A stretch of 64,000 bases of DNA from Felis catus (taxonomy: Eukaryota): positions 139,502,001 to 139,566,000 of the forward strand of contig NC_058368.1 in assembly GCF_018350175.1 (NCBI RefSeq), in the 5' to 3' direction. The number at the start of each line of letters is the position of its first letter. The stretch's first letter is position 1. This document shows, in pieces, positions 13,347 through 24,851 of the stretch. Both the position numbers and the translations under genes were made by a program. Below the pieces are notes generated by a model that did no database searches, was not told where the DNA came from, and was given only the letters and a program-made list of their open reading frames with translations.

Positions 13347-13574
13347 GGGGCGCCTGGGTGGCGCAGTCGGTTGAGCGTCCGACTTCAGCCAGGTCACGAT
13401 CTCGCGGTCTGTGAGTTCGAGCCCCGCGTTGGGCTCTGGGCTGATGGCTCAGAGCCTGGAGCCTGTTTCCGATTCTGTGTCTCCCTCTCTCTCTGCCGCT
13501 CCCCCGTTCATGCTCTGTCTCTCTCTGTCCCAAAAATAAATAAACGTTGAAAAAAAAAATTAAAAAAAAAAAAA
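13347..13574 (+). mobile_element. Young felid SINE (SINEC_Fc-type)
   Basis: CpG-rich intact body; perfect 16-bp TSD aagattataaacaccc (13331-13346 / 13575-13590). Confidence 0.93.
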
Positions 13575-13853
13575 AAGATTATAAACACCCATACTCTTTG
13601 ACATAGTTCTTCTATTTCTAGAAAAAAAATTTACATATGCTCTCAAACATATACACATAACTTATAAAATATCTTTGCAGGGAGCCCTGGGTGGCTCAGT
13701 CGTTTAAGCATCCAACTCTTGATTTTAGCTTAGGTCATGATTTCACGGTTTGTGAGTTCAAGACCCCCATCGGGCTCCACATTGACAGCATGGAACCTGG
13801 TTGGGATTCTCTGTCTCTCTCCCCCTCTCTCTACCCCTCTCCCACTTGTGCAT

Positions 13854-13910
<57 letters not shown>

Positions 13911-16439
13911 AAATAAATAAAAAAAAAAAGAAAGAAAAGAAAATATCTCAGGGAGGATTAAATATATCAAATATATTGGCTGTCTATGGAAAAGAAAAAT
14001 GAGTAGCTGAGGAGATAGGGATGAGAAGGAGATTTTTACCCTTTATACTTAAAATGTTTTGAACCATGTAAATATATTATCTATTCAAAAAAAACTATAC
14101 AAAATGTGGGCACTAAAGGGAATTATAAATAAGAATACAGAAATCTCCTATAATTCTCTCTGTAGTAAGACTTTGGTGTATTTCCTTTCAGCTTTCTTTC
14201 TATGAAGGCTAATGTGTTATAGAACCATTAATTTTACAAAGTTTGGATTGATCTGTATAAAGTTTTAGAAACTACATTTTTCACTTAACAATTATATTTA
14301 AACATGTGCAATGTCATTAAAATTCTTCCTAAAACCATTAAATATTGATAATACTCCCTCACAAGGATGTATAATTTATTTAGGCATTATATAATTCTAA
14401 AACATTTGTTTTTAAGTATTCATTATTGCAAATAACTCTGAAATAATTTCCTAATACACATAAATCTTTGGTCTTCTTTTTTTTTTTTTTTAACTATTTC
14501 CATAAGAGAATAGTAAGGAATATTTTTATACAAAAAGGAAAACCAAAAGACTGGGGGCCAAAAAATTACTTATCCAAGTTCTCAATAAAATAGGGGCACC
14601 AGGGTGGCCCAGTCAGTCAAGGGTCCAACTCTTGATTTTGGCTCAGGTCATGATCTTGTGGTTCGTGAGACTGAGCCTCATATGGGGCTCTACACTGAGA
14701 ATGTGGAGTCTGCTTGGGATTACGTGTCTCCTTCTCTCTCTGCCACTCCCCTGCTCATTCTCTCTCTTTCTCTCTCAAAATTAACATTTAAAACAAATAA
14801 CTGAAAAGAGAACATTAATTTCAAAGTGAATTCTAGTCAAACTACTAGACTACATTAAGAGCTAATACACCAAAAGTCACTGACCACTTCATTACAGATG
14901 CATATTTTCTCTAATTTTTTTAACATTTATTTTTGAGAGAGAGACAGAGACAAATCACGACTGGGGGAGGGGCAGAGAGAGAGGGAGACACAGAATCTGA
15001 AGCAGGCTCCAGGCTCTGAGCTCGAACCCATGAACCAAGGGGTCACGACCTGAGCCAAAGTCAGATGTTCAACAAACTGAGCCCCCAGGTGCCCCACAGA
15101 TGCATATTTTAATAATAAAATATAATTTTAAGATATTGGAAAATGAGATAGTAGCAAATACTAACTATAAAAAAGGGAGGGAGAAAATAGATGGCTGGAT
15201 TAAAAGAAAAACTTTCAGGCAAAATCTGAAATTCTCAAATAATTTTCACTGTTTTGTTAAAAATACGCTAACATTTTTTGGGACAATCAGAGTTTCAATT
15301 TTATATGTTCAAAGTTTATATGTTATCAAAGTTATCAAAATAGCACAATTCTAATGTCATGTCAAGGCTTTGATTCATAAAAAAATCTAATTAAATATCC
15401 TTTCAGTGTCACAGTTCTAAAAATAGCACTTGGCACCACTGTGTTTAATCAATGGAGTTGCCAGTATTTTGATATACACCCTGACCAAAATGTTGCTTTC
15501 TTTAATGTGGTTATTAAATTTAATGTGGTTATTAAATCCTTGTCTCCTTGTACTTTGCTTTCTTTTCCTCCCTTTCCCAAGTATATCCTTTGTAACAAGT
15601 ATTTTCCATCTACACAATTCACATGAAGACAGTGTTGGTCTGTCTTGAGGGACAAAATTAACACTCATCTTCCAGGGTAATTATGTTGAATTAGCTTTTC
15701 ACTGTATGCAATTACAGTGTTCAGAAGACATGTGACCTGAACACATATACAAACCCATGTAGCAATGAACTATCTAAGGTGGTTCTATAAATGTACTCCA
15801 CAGGATTAATTTGAGATATATCCCTCATGTTATAGAGCAGTTAACCTTACCAGAGGCTGTAAAAGAATACAAGGGTTGATAAAAAGTTCCCAGGGCACAT
15901 ATAAGAAAAATGAATCCTGCCTCTTAGAAAACAAATCACAAGCCAACAAAATCTAATTAGTCAGCAACTTGAATTTTCACATAAGACTAGTAGCAACACC
16001 TATCAAGTCACAAAAAGGAATGGATGCATTTTCAGACATGGTTTCCAGAGGGAAGGCTAGGACTAAATCCAGGCTCTCAGAGAGTGCTTTTTTAGACAGT
16101 GAACACAACTATACGTATTGCCTCCTGGGGATCTTTATTAGGAGCTGTATCCCTCATTCCAGTTAAAGTTGGGAACTTGTGCATGAAAAATAGCCAAAAC
16201 AAACATATACAAGCAAAGAAGATGAAGAAAAACAAAATACAATAGTCCAGCAATTCAGCTTCAGCAATGCTTAAACTTTGACCATATTGCCATGCCAATA
16301 AAAACACCAATTTTTAACCTTGAGCTGTGAGGTCTGAAAAAATGATGTCTGCATGGTACTGCAGAGAAGCATTTTAAGTGACTTAGAGGGGAAGAAAATG
16401 ATTGGCCAGCCAAGAAAGAGTAAACCATCTATAGCCTAT

Positions 16440-18250
16440 TTCTCCATTCATTACAAATAAAAACTCTGGTAGAGTATTTCTTAAAAGCTACCTGAGTAAT
16501 ATGAAAAGTAAACAATAGCAGGCATATTGGGGCTGAAGTCAAAATCTAAACAACCTTGTAGTTGATGAGTTTCAGAGTTTGTTTCATTTTGTTGGTCCTT
16601 TATTTGTCTCCAGCTTTGATCCAAAGTCTAATCCTGAAGCTGCACGGTGGGCTCAGACAGCAAAAACTCCAGAAGAAACCCCCATCTCTATCCAGAAGAC
16701 TAGGGAAAGGGATCTGTGAATGCGAGAAGGTGGGGGGAATCCCTGGGTTGTATTTGTTTTCTTTGGCCTCAGAGATATAGTATTACCAAACATGGCATCT
16801 TAGGCACTTAAAACCCAAGAGAAAGCCTGTCTCTCTTGCTAGAGGAAGCAAACACTAAGGAGTATGGAGAGCATCTCCTTTATTTTCTTCTCTTAACACT
16901 CCACCATGAAGGTTGCCTTAGTTTCAAGGACTGCCCTAAAGCAAGAAGGCTAACACTGACAGAAATCTGGCTTTCTGGTCATAGGAACCAGCATGTGTGC
17001 ATGGGGAAGGAAGGGTGCATGAGACTCCTGTAGGGAAAAAAAACAAACAAAAGGGGAATCACCTAATTCTGTATACGATTCAACATAAATCCTAGGCTCA
17101 ACCTTGAGCTGTCCACATAGAAAGCAGATTCAAAGAAGCATAACAAAGATTTAGAGAACTCAACTACAATATTAACTACTGCCCAAGTTCCAGATTAACC
17201 CGAGTGGTACATGAGTCAGAGTCAAATAGCATAGTAAAGACTCTGAAAATTGGACTGAGGTAACCACCACCCAAGGAAGGCAAAATAGAATGTGCAGTAA
17301 GAACCTAATGAGGCTGATTACCTGTCAAAACAAAAATCAACACCCTTAAGAGGGTTTTAACAGGACCAAGAATCCAGAACATAAGATTTAAAATACATAG
17401 GATATAATCACAATTACTCAATATACAAAGAACAGGAAATCTAATTCTTGAGAGAAAAGATAATTAACAGATGCCAACCGCACCCCCATGACCAAGATGT
17501 TGGAATGATACGACAAAGACTTTAAAGCAGCTATTCCAATCATTCTCTATGAGAAAAGGTAAACCCTCATCAAGTAGATGAAAACATTGAAGTTCTCAGC
17601 AGAGAAATAAAAACTAAAAAAAGAATCCATTTTAGAAGAGAAAATGATAATATTTGAAGTTAAAAATGCACTGGATTGGCTCAACAACAGAATAGAGATG
17701 ACAAAGGAAGGAGTAAATAACTCTGAATATAGAGCAATAAAAATTGTACAGTTTGAAGAAATGAGAGAAAAAAAGGGAAAAAAAATTAATTCCGCTTCAG
17801 GAATCTGGGAACCAGTATCAAAAGGTCTAACATTCATGTAGACCATTAAAGTCTCAGAAGAAGAGGAGAAAGATACTGGTACAGAAAAAAATATACAAAG
17901 AAATCATGACAGAAAACTTCCCAAGTTTGGTAAAAGACATAAATTTATATATTCAACAATCTCAGTGAAAAGCACCAAAAAAACCCATGCCTAGACACAC
18001 TGTAATAAAGCTAAGAACCAAAGATAGGGGGAAGAGGGCTGAAATCAGATAGATTAAAAAAAAACCATGATTTTATACATATAGGAATAGTGATTTAAAT
18101 GAGTGAAAGGACTTGACTAAGAAGGGCAGCACAAGAGAGGTGTTTTGTTTTGTTTTGTTTGGAGTGATGGAACTATTCTGGAACTTGATTGTGACGGTTG
18201 TTAACAGACTCCATGTATTAGCTGAAATGCACACCAAGGGCAAATATTGC
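16440..18250 (+). mobile_element. Old L1 5' region / ORF1 remnant
   Basis: Peptide IFEVKNALDWLNNRIEMTKEGVNNSEYRAIKIVQFEE and ...EIMTENFPSL are L1 ORF1p-like. Confidence 0.75.
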
Positions 18251-18269
18251 TGTGTGTATAAATAAATGA

Positions 18270-19220
18270 GCCAAAAACTTGGGTATCATCCCTTACTTGC
18301 TGCTCTTCCCTCATCCTCCATATCAGATTAACCACCAACTCCTGCCAAATTACTTTCTCACGATTTCTTAAATTTGCCCTTTTCCTTCCATTCCCACTGT
18401 TTCTTCCTAGTTGAGTTCTCGTCATCCCAGCCTGTTGCTACTTTAATGCCAAAGCTAACCCCTATACCCTTGCTTTGCAAAAGGCGATCTCTGCTCTAAG
18501 TGATACCAACTTTAACCCACAAGCTTGCTAGAAATGCAGAATTTCAGATCCCACCCTAGAACTCCTGAATTGGAATCACACTTTAACAGGATTCTGGAGT
18601 GATTTTATAAGGGCATTAAAATTTGAAAAGCCCTCGTGTAGGGAGGGCATCCTGGAGAGTGAAAATCTGATTATGCTGCCCCTCCACTTAACATCTCACA
18701 AAGGCGTTAAGGATATATGAGGCCTTACATCACCTCACTCTACCTTCCTCTCCAGGCTCATCTTCCACCACTGCCCACGCCACCATTTAACACTTCACTT
18801 CAGTAAGACTTAACTATTTGTACATTTCAAAACATAACAATGCTATGTCCCATCGCTACACCTTTACCCAACCAGTTCCCAGATTAGGATACCTAATTTC
18901 TCCAGATTAGGATACCTCTTCATCTGGCTAATTCCTAACCCACCTTCAAGCCTCTGTTCAGAAGTCAACCCTAGCAACCTCTGAGGACTACCTGGGTTGA
19001 GGTGAGAGTCCCTCTGGTTTCCTAAACCAGCCAAGGCATGCTTCCATCCCTGGACTTCCCACATTTTACTGAAATTACCTGCTTATGAAAAAAAGCAATT
19101 TATCTGTTTATGTGTCTTCCCTGGCCTGTCAGTTTCTCAAAGGCAGTGGCCTCACCTCTTCCATAGTTTTATATCTAGCATGGAGAACTAGTTATGTTCA
19201 AGAAGGTTTTGATGAACTGA
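18270..19220 (+). mobile_element. L2 remnant interrupted by a MER5A-like hAT fossil (~18510-18635)
   Basis: Pyrimidine-rich L2 3' text; gaaatgcagaatttcagatcccaccctaga...tttaacagg...aaatttgaaaagc is MER5A-like. Confidence 0.6.
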
Positions 19221-19427
19221 ACTACCATCTTTGATGCTTATAAGATTATTCGTTTCCAGTTTGGTAGTAACCGGTTCCCCCATCACACATTCTTTTCTTG
19301 AAAGAAATGATGCTAACCATCTCCTAGTTCAGAGCTTCGAGTTACTTAAAACAAACTGCATCTCAGAAGTTTAGACCCAACACTTTTTTTGCCTGTGCGA
19401 AAGGACTTAGACTCAGGCTAAAAAGGT

Positions 19428-19510
19428 ATATTATATTATATTATATTATATTATATTATATTATATTATATTATATTATATATATCATATCATATCATAT
19501 TATATCATAT
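19428..19510. repeat. (ATATT)n / (ATATC)n pentanucleotide repeat
   Basis: Directly visible. Confidence 0.95.
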
Positions 19511-19723
19511 CAGCCATCTACCAGAAAGCTCATTTTGTCCTAAACTGGGCCGGGGGGGTGGGGGGGGGGGCCGTGGTGAGGTTATTCACAAGTTCTTAGC
19601 TCAGGCCTGGCTGCCTCACAAGACTCGAATCCCGCCTGCAATGACACATTTGGGTGCCAATGATTTCTACCCAAATCTCCGAGGGCTACTCCACCGCCAG
19701 GCCTGGAGCCAACAGGTGGTCAC

Positions 19724-19827
19724 CTTCTCCAGGGCAGCTCCTCTTCTTCCAGGTCGCTCTCCGTCACCGACTCGTCTATCACCGTCTCATCACTGTCCCA
19801 GTCCGGGGCCTGGGAGCCTTCCTCCAT
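19724..19827 (-). CDS. ANKRD31: ANKRD31 coding exon 1 (MEEGSQAPDWDSDETVIDESVTESDLEEEELPWR(R))
   Basis: ATG at 19827-19825 in strong Kozak context (GCAAAGATGG). Peptide closely matches the human ANKRD31 N-terminus as I recall it (MEEGVQAPDWDSDETVIEGSVTESDLEEKELPWRR). Donor AAG|gtgacc at 19723; 104 coding nt; inside a CpG island. Confidence 0.95.
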
Positions 19828-20195
19828 CTTTGCCTCGCACCTGGAGCCTTTTTTATCCTCCTTCTCCACTCCCCGCTTCCCGAGAAAAGAAAGCGCACTC
19901 AGAGAGCCGGGGGAAATTGTGAGCAAAAAAGGAAATTCGAGGCTGGAGGCGGGAGGCGGGCCTGGAAAGAAAGGCTGAGCGCACCGAGGGGCAACGACCG
20001 TCGTACGCGGCGAGGCCTTCCAGCTCCGCCGTCTCGCTGCACGCCGCCTACAGGGGGAGCCGCAGGCCCCACGTCAGAGCCGCGTGCGGCCCCGCCCCCG
20101 ACTCTGAGGGCCGGAAGTGGCTGGCAACGCGCGCGCCCGCTCTGGATTTCCCGGCCGCCTGGGGCGTGGCCTCCCACCGCATCCGCTTTCTGTGC

Positions 20196-20222
<27 letters not shown>
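20196..20222. repeat. Poly(T)27 tract inside the CpG island
   Basis: Directly visible. Confidence 0.95.
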
Positions 20223-20226
<4 letters not shown>

Positions 20227-22419
20227 ATCTTGAGCTGGGCGGAGGGACTGCGGTTGCGGTCGTGGGGACCAGAAAGGCAGCGATGCCACAGTAAAGACCG
20301 AAGTCCGAGTCTGCCTAACGCCGTTGGCAGGAGCGAGACCTAGGTCACCTTACCCGCCATGCGCTTCATGCTTGTGAGACCCAGACCCGAAAAGAACTGT
20401 CAGCAGCTGCCCGGCCCGGCAGCCCCTGGGCTGTCAGTCTGACATCCTGAAGCCAGAATGTTACCTGACCTCGTAGAGTGTTTTTTGCAGTCCACCAGGT
20501 GCTGCCTTTTTCCCTTAATCCCAGTGACACCCTCTCCCCAGGTGTCCTCAGATAGGCAAGACAAGCATGTTTATCATTAGCTTATAGATCATCAACTACA
20601 CTAATCAACGTATTTTGTTTGTATTTGTATTTTTTCCTCATTAACTCTTTAATTACCTTGAAATACAAGTTGTGTAGAAACAGTAGATATTTTTTTCTAC
20701 ATAAATTTTTAGAAAAGTGGTAGTCCTAGCAACTTTCAAAAATAGCCAATTACGATTTTTGATTGAAGTACTAGATTTTTATATATCTGATACATTGTAT
20801 CAATATAACTTGAAACTTTTTAATTCAATCATTCAAAACAAAGCCAAGTGAACTCCATCTGCCAAGCGAGAGGTAGATTCAGGATAAGAGAGAACCCCTT
20901 CTGCCTAGCAAGTGTTTAGTATTCGCTTTGAAATCTTCAGTGTCTAGCACGTATTCAGTCTTTAAAGGTTTGTTGAATAAATGGCTGGACCTAGGACTTT
21001 CTAACTCCCCAATTCACTGCTCTTTTCTCTACATGCAATGGCTTTCACATTCTTATTATCTTACTATTTAGATCTTATTTAAACCACTACTATTTAGATC
21101 ATATTAAAACACTTGGCTGCTGGTTGTCTTTTGAACTTACTTGATTATTCTTCATTTCCACTCTGTAAATTAGGTGGGACAGTAATAAATATGCATGAAA
21201 CTAGGCCTCTTTGTGTTTCTCACACCTCTCCACCTACATCCTCCATGTTTAAATCAGTCCTAAATTCCTATCCACTCTCCTGCTCGCCTACTCCTTTGAT
21301 CATCTAGCTCTGTTTCCACTTTTTAGGTTTTTTTTTAAGTTTATTTATTTATTTTTGAGAGAGAGAGAGCAAAGGAAGGGCAGAGAGAAAGGAGAGAGAG
21401 AATCCCAAGCAGGCTCCCACTCACAAACGGTGAATTCATGACCTGAGCCAAAATCAGGAGTTGGATGCTCAACCAACTGAACCACCTAGGCGTCCTTCTG
21501 TTTCTACTTTTTAAAAAGTGTTAAGTAATTACCAGCAATGGAAAGTGCATATCCAGTAAAAGGCTTGTGGGTGGCTCTAAATGCCCTACACCAGAAGGCA
21601 ACTTTCCACTAGTAAAAGCACTTGCTCCAGGCATCTGGTAACTTTAGCTAAGTATAGAAAACTTCTAAGCCTGAGATTCAAATTCCTTTTTTTAAAATGC
21701 TTTCTCCTTTGGTGGAAAAGAGTCGGTTATTTGTGTGCCTTCAGTTCTTTTATTTTATTCAAGAGACTTGCCAAGATTCAAAGCATAAAGAAGGAATAGC
21801 AAAGATGATTCGCATAAATGCCAGCATGATTTTATAGGAAACTTTTTTGTTTTTTAAAATCCAAAGTTTCACTGCAGGACAGGGACAGAAGAATGACTGA
21901 TCTGTGTTAGAAATCCAGGCTGCACATGACAAGAAAAGATACAATTCAAACTGATTTAAGCAGATAAAAAGGGTGTGTTGGATCCTGTAACTGAACCATC
22001 CATAAGTACCCAGGCATTTCAGGTGTGTTATGATCCAGATATTCAAACAATGTTGAAAAGAAATTTAACTCAGCTTCCTTTTGAATTGGTTAGTTTGAGT
22101 TAAACATTCAAATAAATTGAAACACATCAAATGTATAAAAATCCAGAACTTCCATTTAAAAATAATAATTGGTATTGGGGCACCTGCATGGCTCAGTCAG
22201 TTAAACGTCCGATTTCAGGTCAGGTCATGATCTCTTGGTCCGTGGGTAGAAGCCCCACCTCGGGCTCTGTACTGACAGCTCAGTTCGGAGCATGGACCCT
22301 GCTTCAGATTCTATGTCTCCCTCTGTCTCTGACTCTCCCCACTCATGCTCTGTCTCTTTCTCTCTCAAAAATAAATAAACATAAAAAAATTTAAAAATAA
22401 TAATAATAATTGGTACTTT

Positions 22420-23150
22420 AGAAGGTTGATAGGCACCATTTTATTATTCTAAAACAAAAGGGAGAAAATAAAGCATTTATCCTGATGTTTCTACACCATA
22501 AGTTTTTCAGGATGATTGAGTTTATTGGGGCAAAATTTCTTGATAGAAAAATTACAGCTAACAAATATGAGCGGCATAATAGAATTAGAAAATCACCATT
22601 TTGCAACCCATGAAACAATGGATGTAGGCAATGCTCATCAATAGATGCAATGGTTATGCAGAACAGTAAAACAAAACAAGCAGACAAAACAAAACAAAAA
22701 ACCAGAAAACTAGACCTCTGTTTTTTCACACCTGTCCACCTACATCTTCCATGTTTCAATGAGTCATAAGTTCCTGGGTAAAAGGCTAATGGAGAATTTT
22801 ATAATGGATGGATTAGGCTGACAACCCTTAAGTCCAATGATAATCTTTATGTCACTAAAAGTGAGATAACCAAATATTATGTACCTCCTGGCACAGTACC
22901 ACAAAAATAAATGGCACTTCCTGATGAGGTATTCTAGGCACTCCCCCAAACCTCACCAAGCCTCTAGATCTATCAGTTATTTATATTCATGGAGGGGGGA
23001 CAGAGGAATATGTTAACACCATGAGATGAAATTAACTAAGCCCAGGATGTGGGAAATTCTATAGGACAAATGACCTGGTTTCTTTCAATAATTAAATATC
23101 ACGGAATTTTAAAAAAGGGAATGAAAACTCTTCTAGATTTAAAAGACCCT
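22420..23150 (+). mobile_element. L1MC/ME-type 3' UTR remnant
   Basis: agaattagaaaatcaccattttgcaaccc..., ataatggatggattaggctgaca..., ctataggacaaatgacctggtttct. Confidence 0.65.
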
Positions 23151-24803
23151 ATGAAAAAGGGAAAAAATCAAGTAGTTAAAAAAGAGAATAGATTGATTGT
23201 TAATATAAATACTAATAAAGAGAGTGAATTAGCAAAAAAAAAACCCTTTTTAAATCAACGAATATTTGTAAACAATTTAACAATACAAGGTAGAATAAAA
23301 TTAAATTTGATTATAGAGAAATTTGAATCATTGACAAATGGTATTATGTACTAAATTCATAAAATGAAACCAAGTAATCCTTAAGAACTATAATTAAATT
23401 TGTTGCTTGATTCCATTTAGATTGTAAGTCTTTAAAGAAAAAGTCCTGGGGCATCTGGATGGCTCAGTACGTTGAGCATCTGACTCTTGATTTCAGCTCA
23501 GGTTGTGATTCCAGGGTCGTAGGATCGAACCCTGCATCGGGCTCCATGCTGAGTGTGGAGCTGGCTTAGGATTCTCTCTCTCTCCCTTTGCCCTTTTCCC
23601 CTGCTCACACACTGTTTTTTTAGAAGAAAAAGGAGGAGGAGGAAGAAGAAAGGGAGGAAGAGGAGGAGGAAAGAAAAAGTCCTATTTGGGAATTCTTTAC
23701 TTGTTTTAAAGATGAATTAAAAGGAGGAAGTCAGTTCTATCACTTCCTTCCTTTCATTAGGAAGGAAAATTCCAAAATCATACCCAATTGCATGTACGCT
23801 AACCCACAAATGCTATGAGGCTCAGCGCCCTGAAGGAGGACTGAGAATAAGGGCCCTTCCCTTACTGGCCTCGCCTTCTTATGGATGAAGCCGACACTAA
23901 ACAAGTACATGAATAACTAAGATAATCCAGAGAGTGATGCATGCCTGAAAGAAATGAATAGGTTGCTGATACAGAGAATGTGATCAGAGATGGCCTCTCT
24001 GAGGAGGTGACCTTTGACCTAAGACCTAAAACATGAACATAATTGCAGAGGTTCTGAGGCAATCTAGAACAGAAGGGAGGCATGTGTGCCTGTAGCCCTT
24101 GAGTAAAGGAAGTGTGGGATGCAATGAGGCCCAAGCACTAAGCAAGTAGAGTATGTGTGAGGTTAAGGTAATGAGATTTTTTTGAAAGTGTGGATTTTGA
24201 ATAAAAAGTCTCATTATTTTGTGCTTATACAATATATTTGCTTTTATGATTAAAATCATTTCGGCCTATAGCTGCGTATCATTTACATTCTATCCAGATT
24301 GCTTTATATCATAGAACTGTGAAAGCTGAGACTTTCATAGAAGACTTGATTTATCATAACTACAACACACCAGGAATCTCTAAAAGAGTAAACCCAGCAG
24401 CTATTTTTTCCTAAGTAATATTCTCCCCACCCCAAAATAAAGCTATATGAAGTGTTTCACCAAGTACTTTATAAGAATTTTAAAATACAGTTTCCATAAG
24501 GATCTTCATTTACTCAAAGATTTAAACATATTTTAGGTAAGTGTTGCTGTCCACTGACCCAAGCAATTCACAGGGCATTCAGCACAAATTAAAACTGTTT
24601 TATGAATGAGATATATACACAACCAGAAAAATCAGGATACCTGAGACTATTTCTCAAAAACTGCAAAACGTAGTGGGCGCCTGGATGGCTCAGTTGTTTA
24701 AGCATCAGACTTTGACTCATATCATGATCTCATGGTTCATGGGTTCAAGGCCTGAGTTGGGCTCTGTGCTGACAGCTCAGAGCCTGGAGCCTGCTTCAGA
24801 TTA

Positions 24804-24851
<48 letters not shown>

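Larger units (their letters stand above)
9113..15095. mobile_element. Dense Can-SINE cluster in ANKRD31 intron 1: + at ~9113, 10925, 11167, 12288, 12620, 12852, 13347, 13680, 14592; - at ~10015, 11925, 14912, within old L1 fragments
   Basis: Repeated SINE heads, CT tracts and A tails; TSDs such as ccaacaagactt, acagatgcatattt and aaaagaaaaaaccc. Confidence 0.85.
19620..20420. promoter_or_regulatory. CpG island / ANKRD31 promoter and 5' UTR
   Basis: The only extended GC- and CpG-rich unique stretch in the window, spanning exon 1. Contains GC boxes (~20089-20100, 20161-20170), ETS/GABPA CCGGAAGTG (20111-20119) and GGCGGGAG (19948-19955). Confidence 0.9.

Noticed and set aside
19828..19926. 33-codon in-frame extension upstream of the ANKRD31 ATG
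   Set aside because: Starts at TTG. The ATG at 19827 has a strong Kozak context and matches the known N-terminus.
19654..20343. 229-aa + strand ORF (and overlapping 93- and 109-aa ORFs) across the CpG island
   Set aside because: Stop-poor GC-rich DNA antisense to ANKRD31 exon 1. The poly-Phe/poly-Lys comes from the T27 tract, and there is no recognisable protein.
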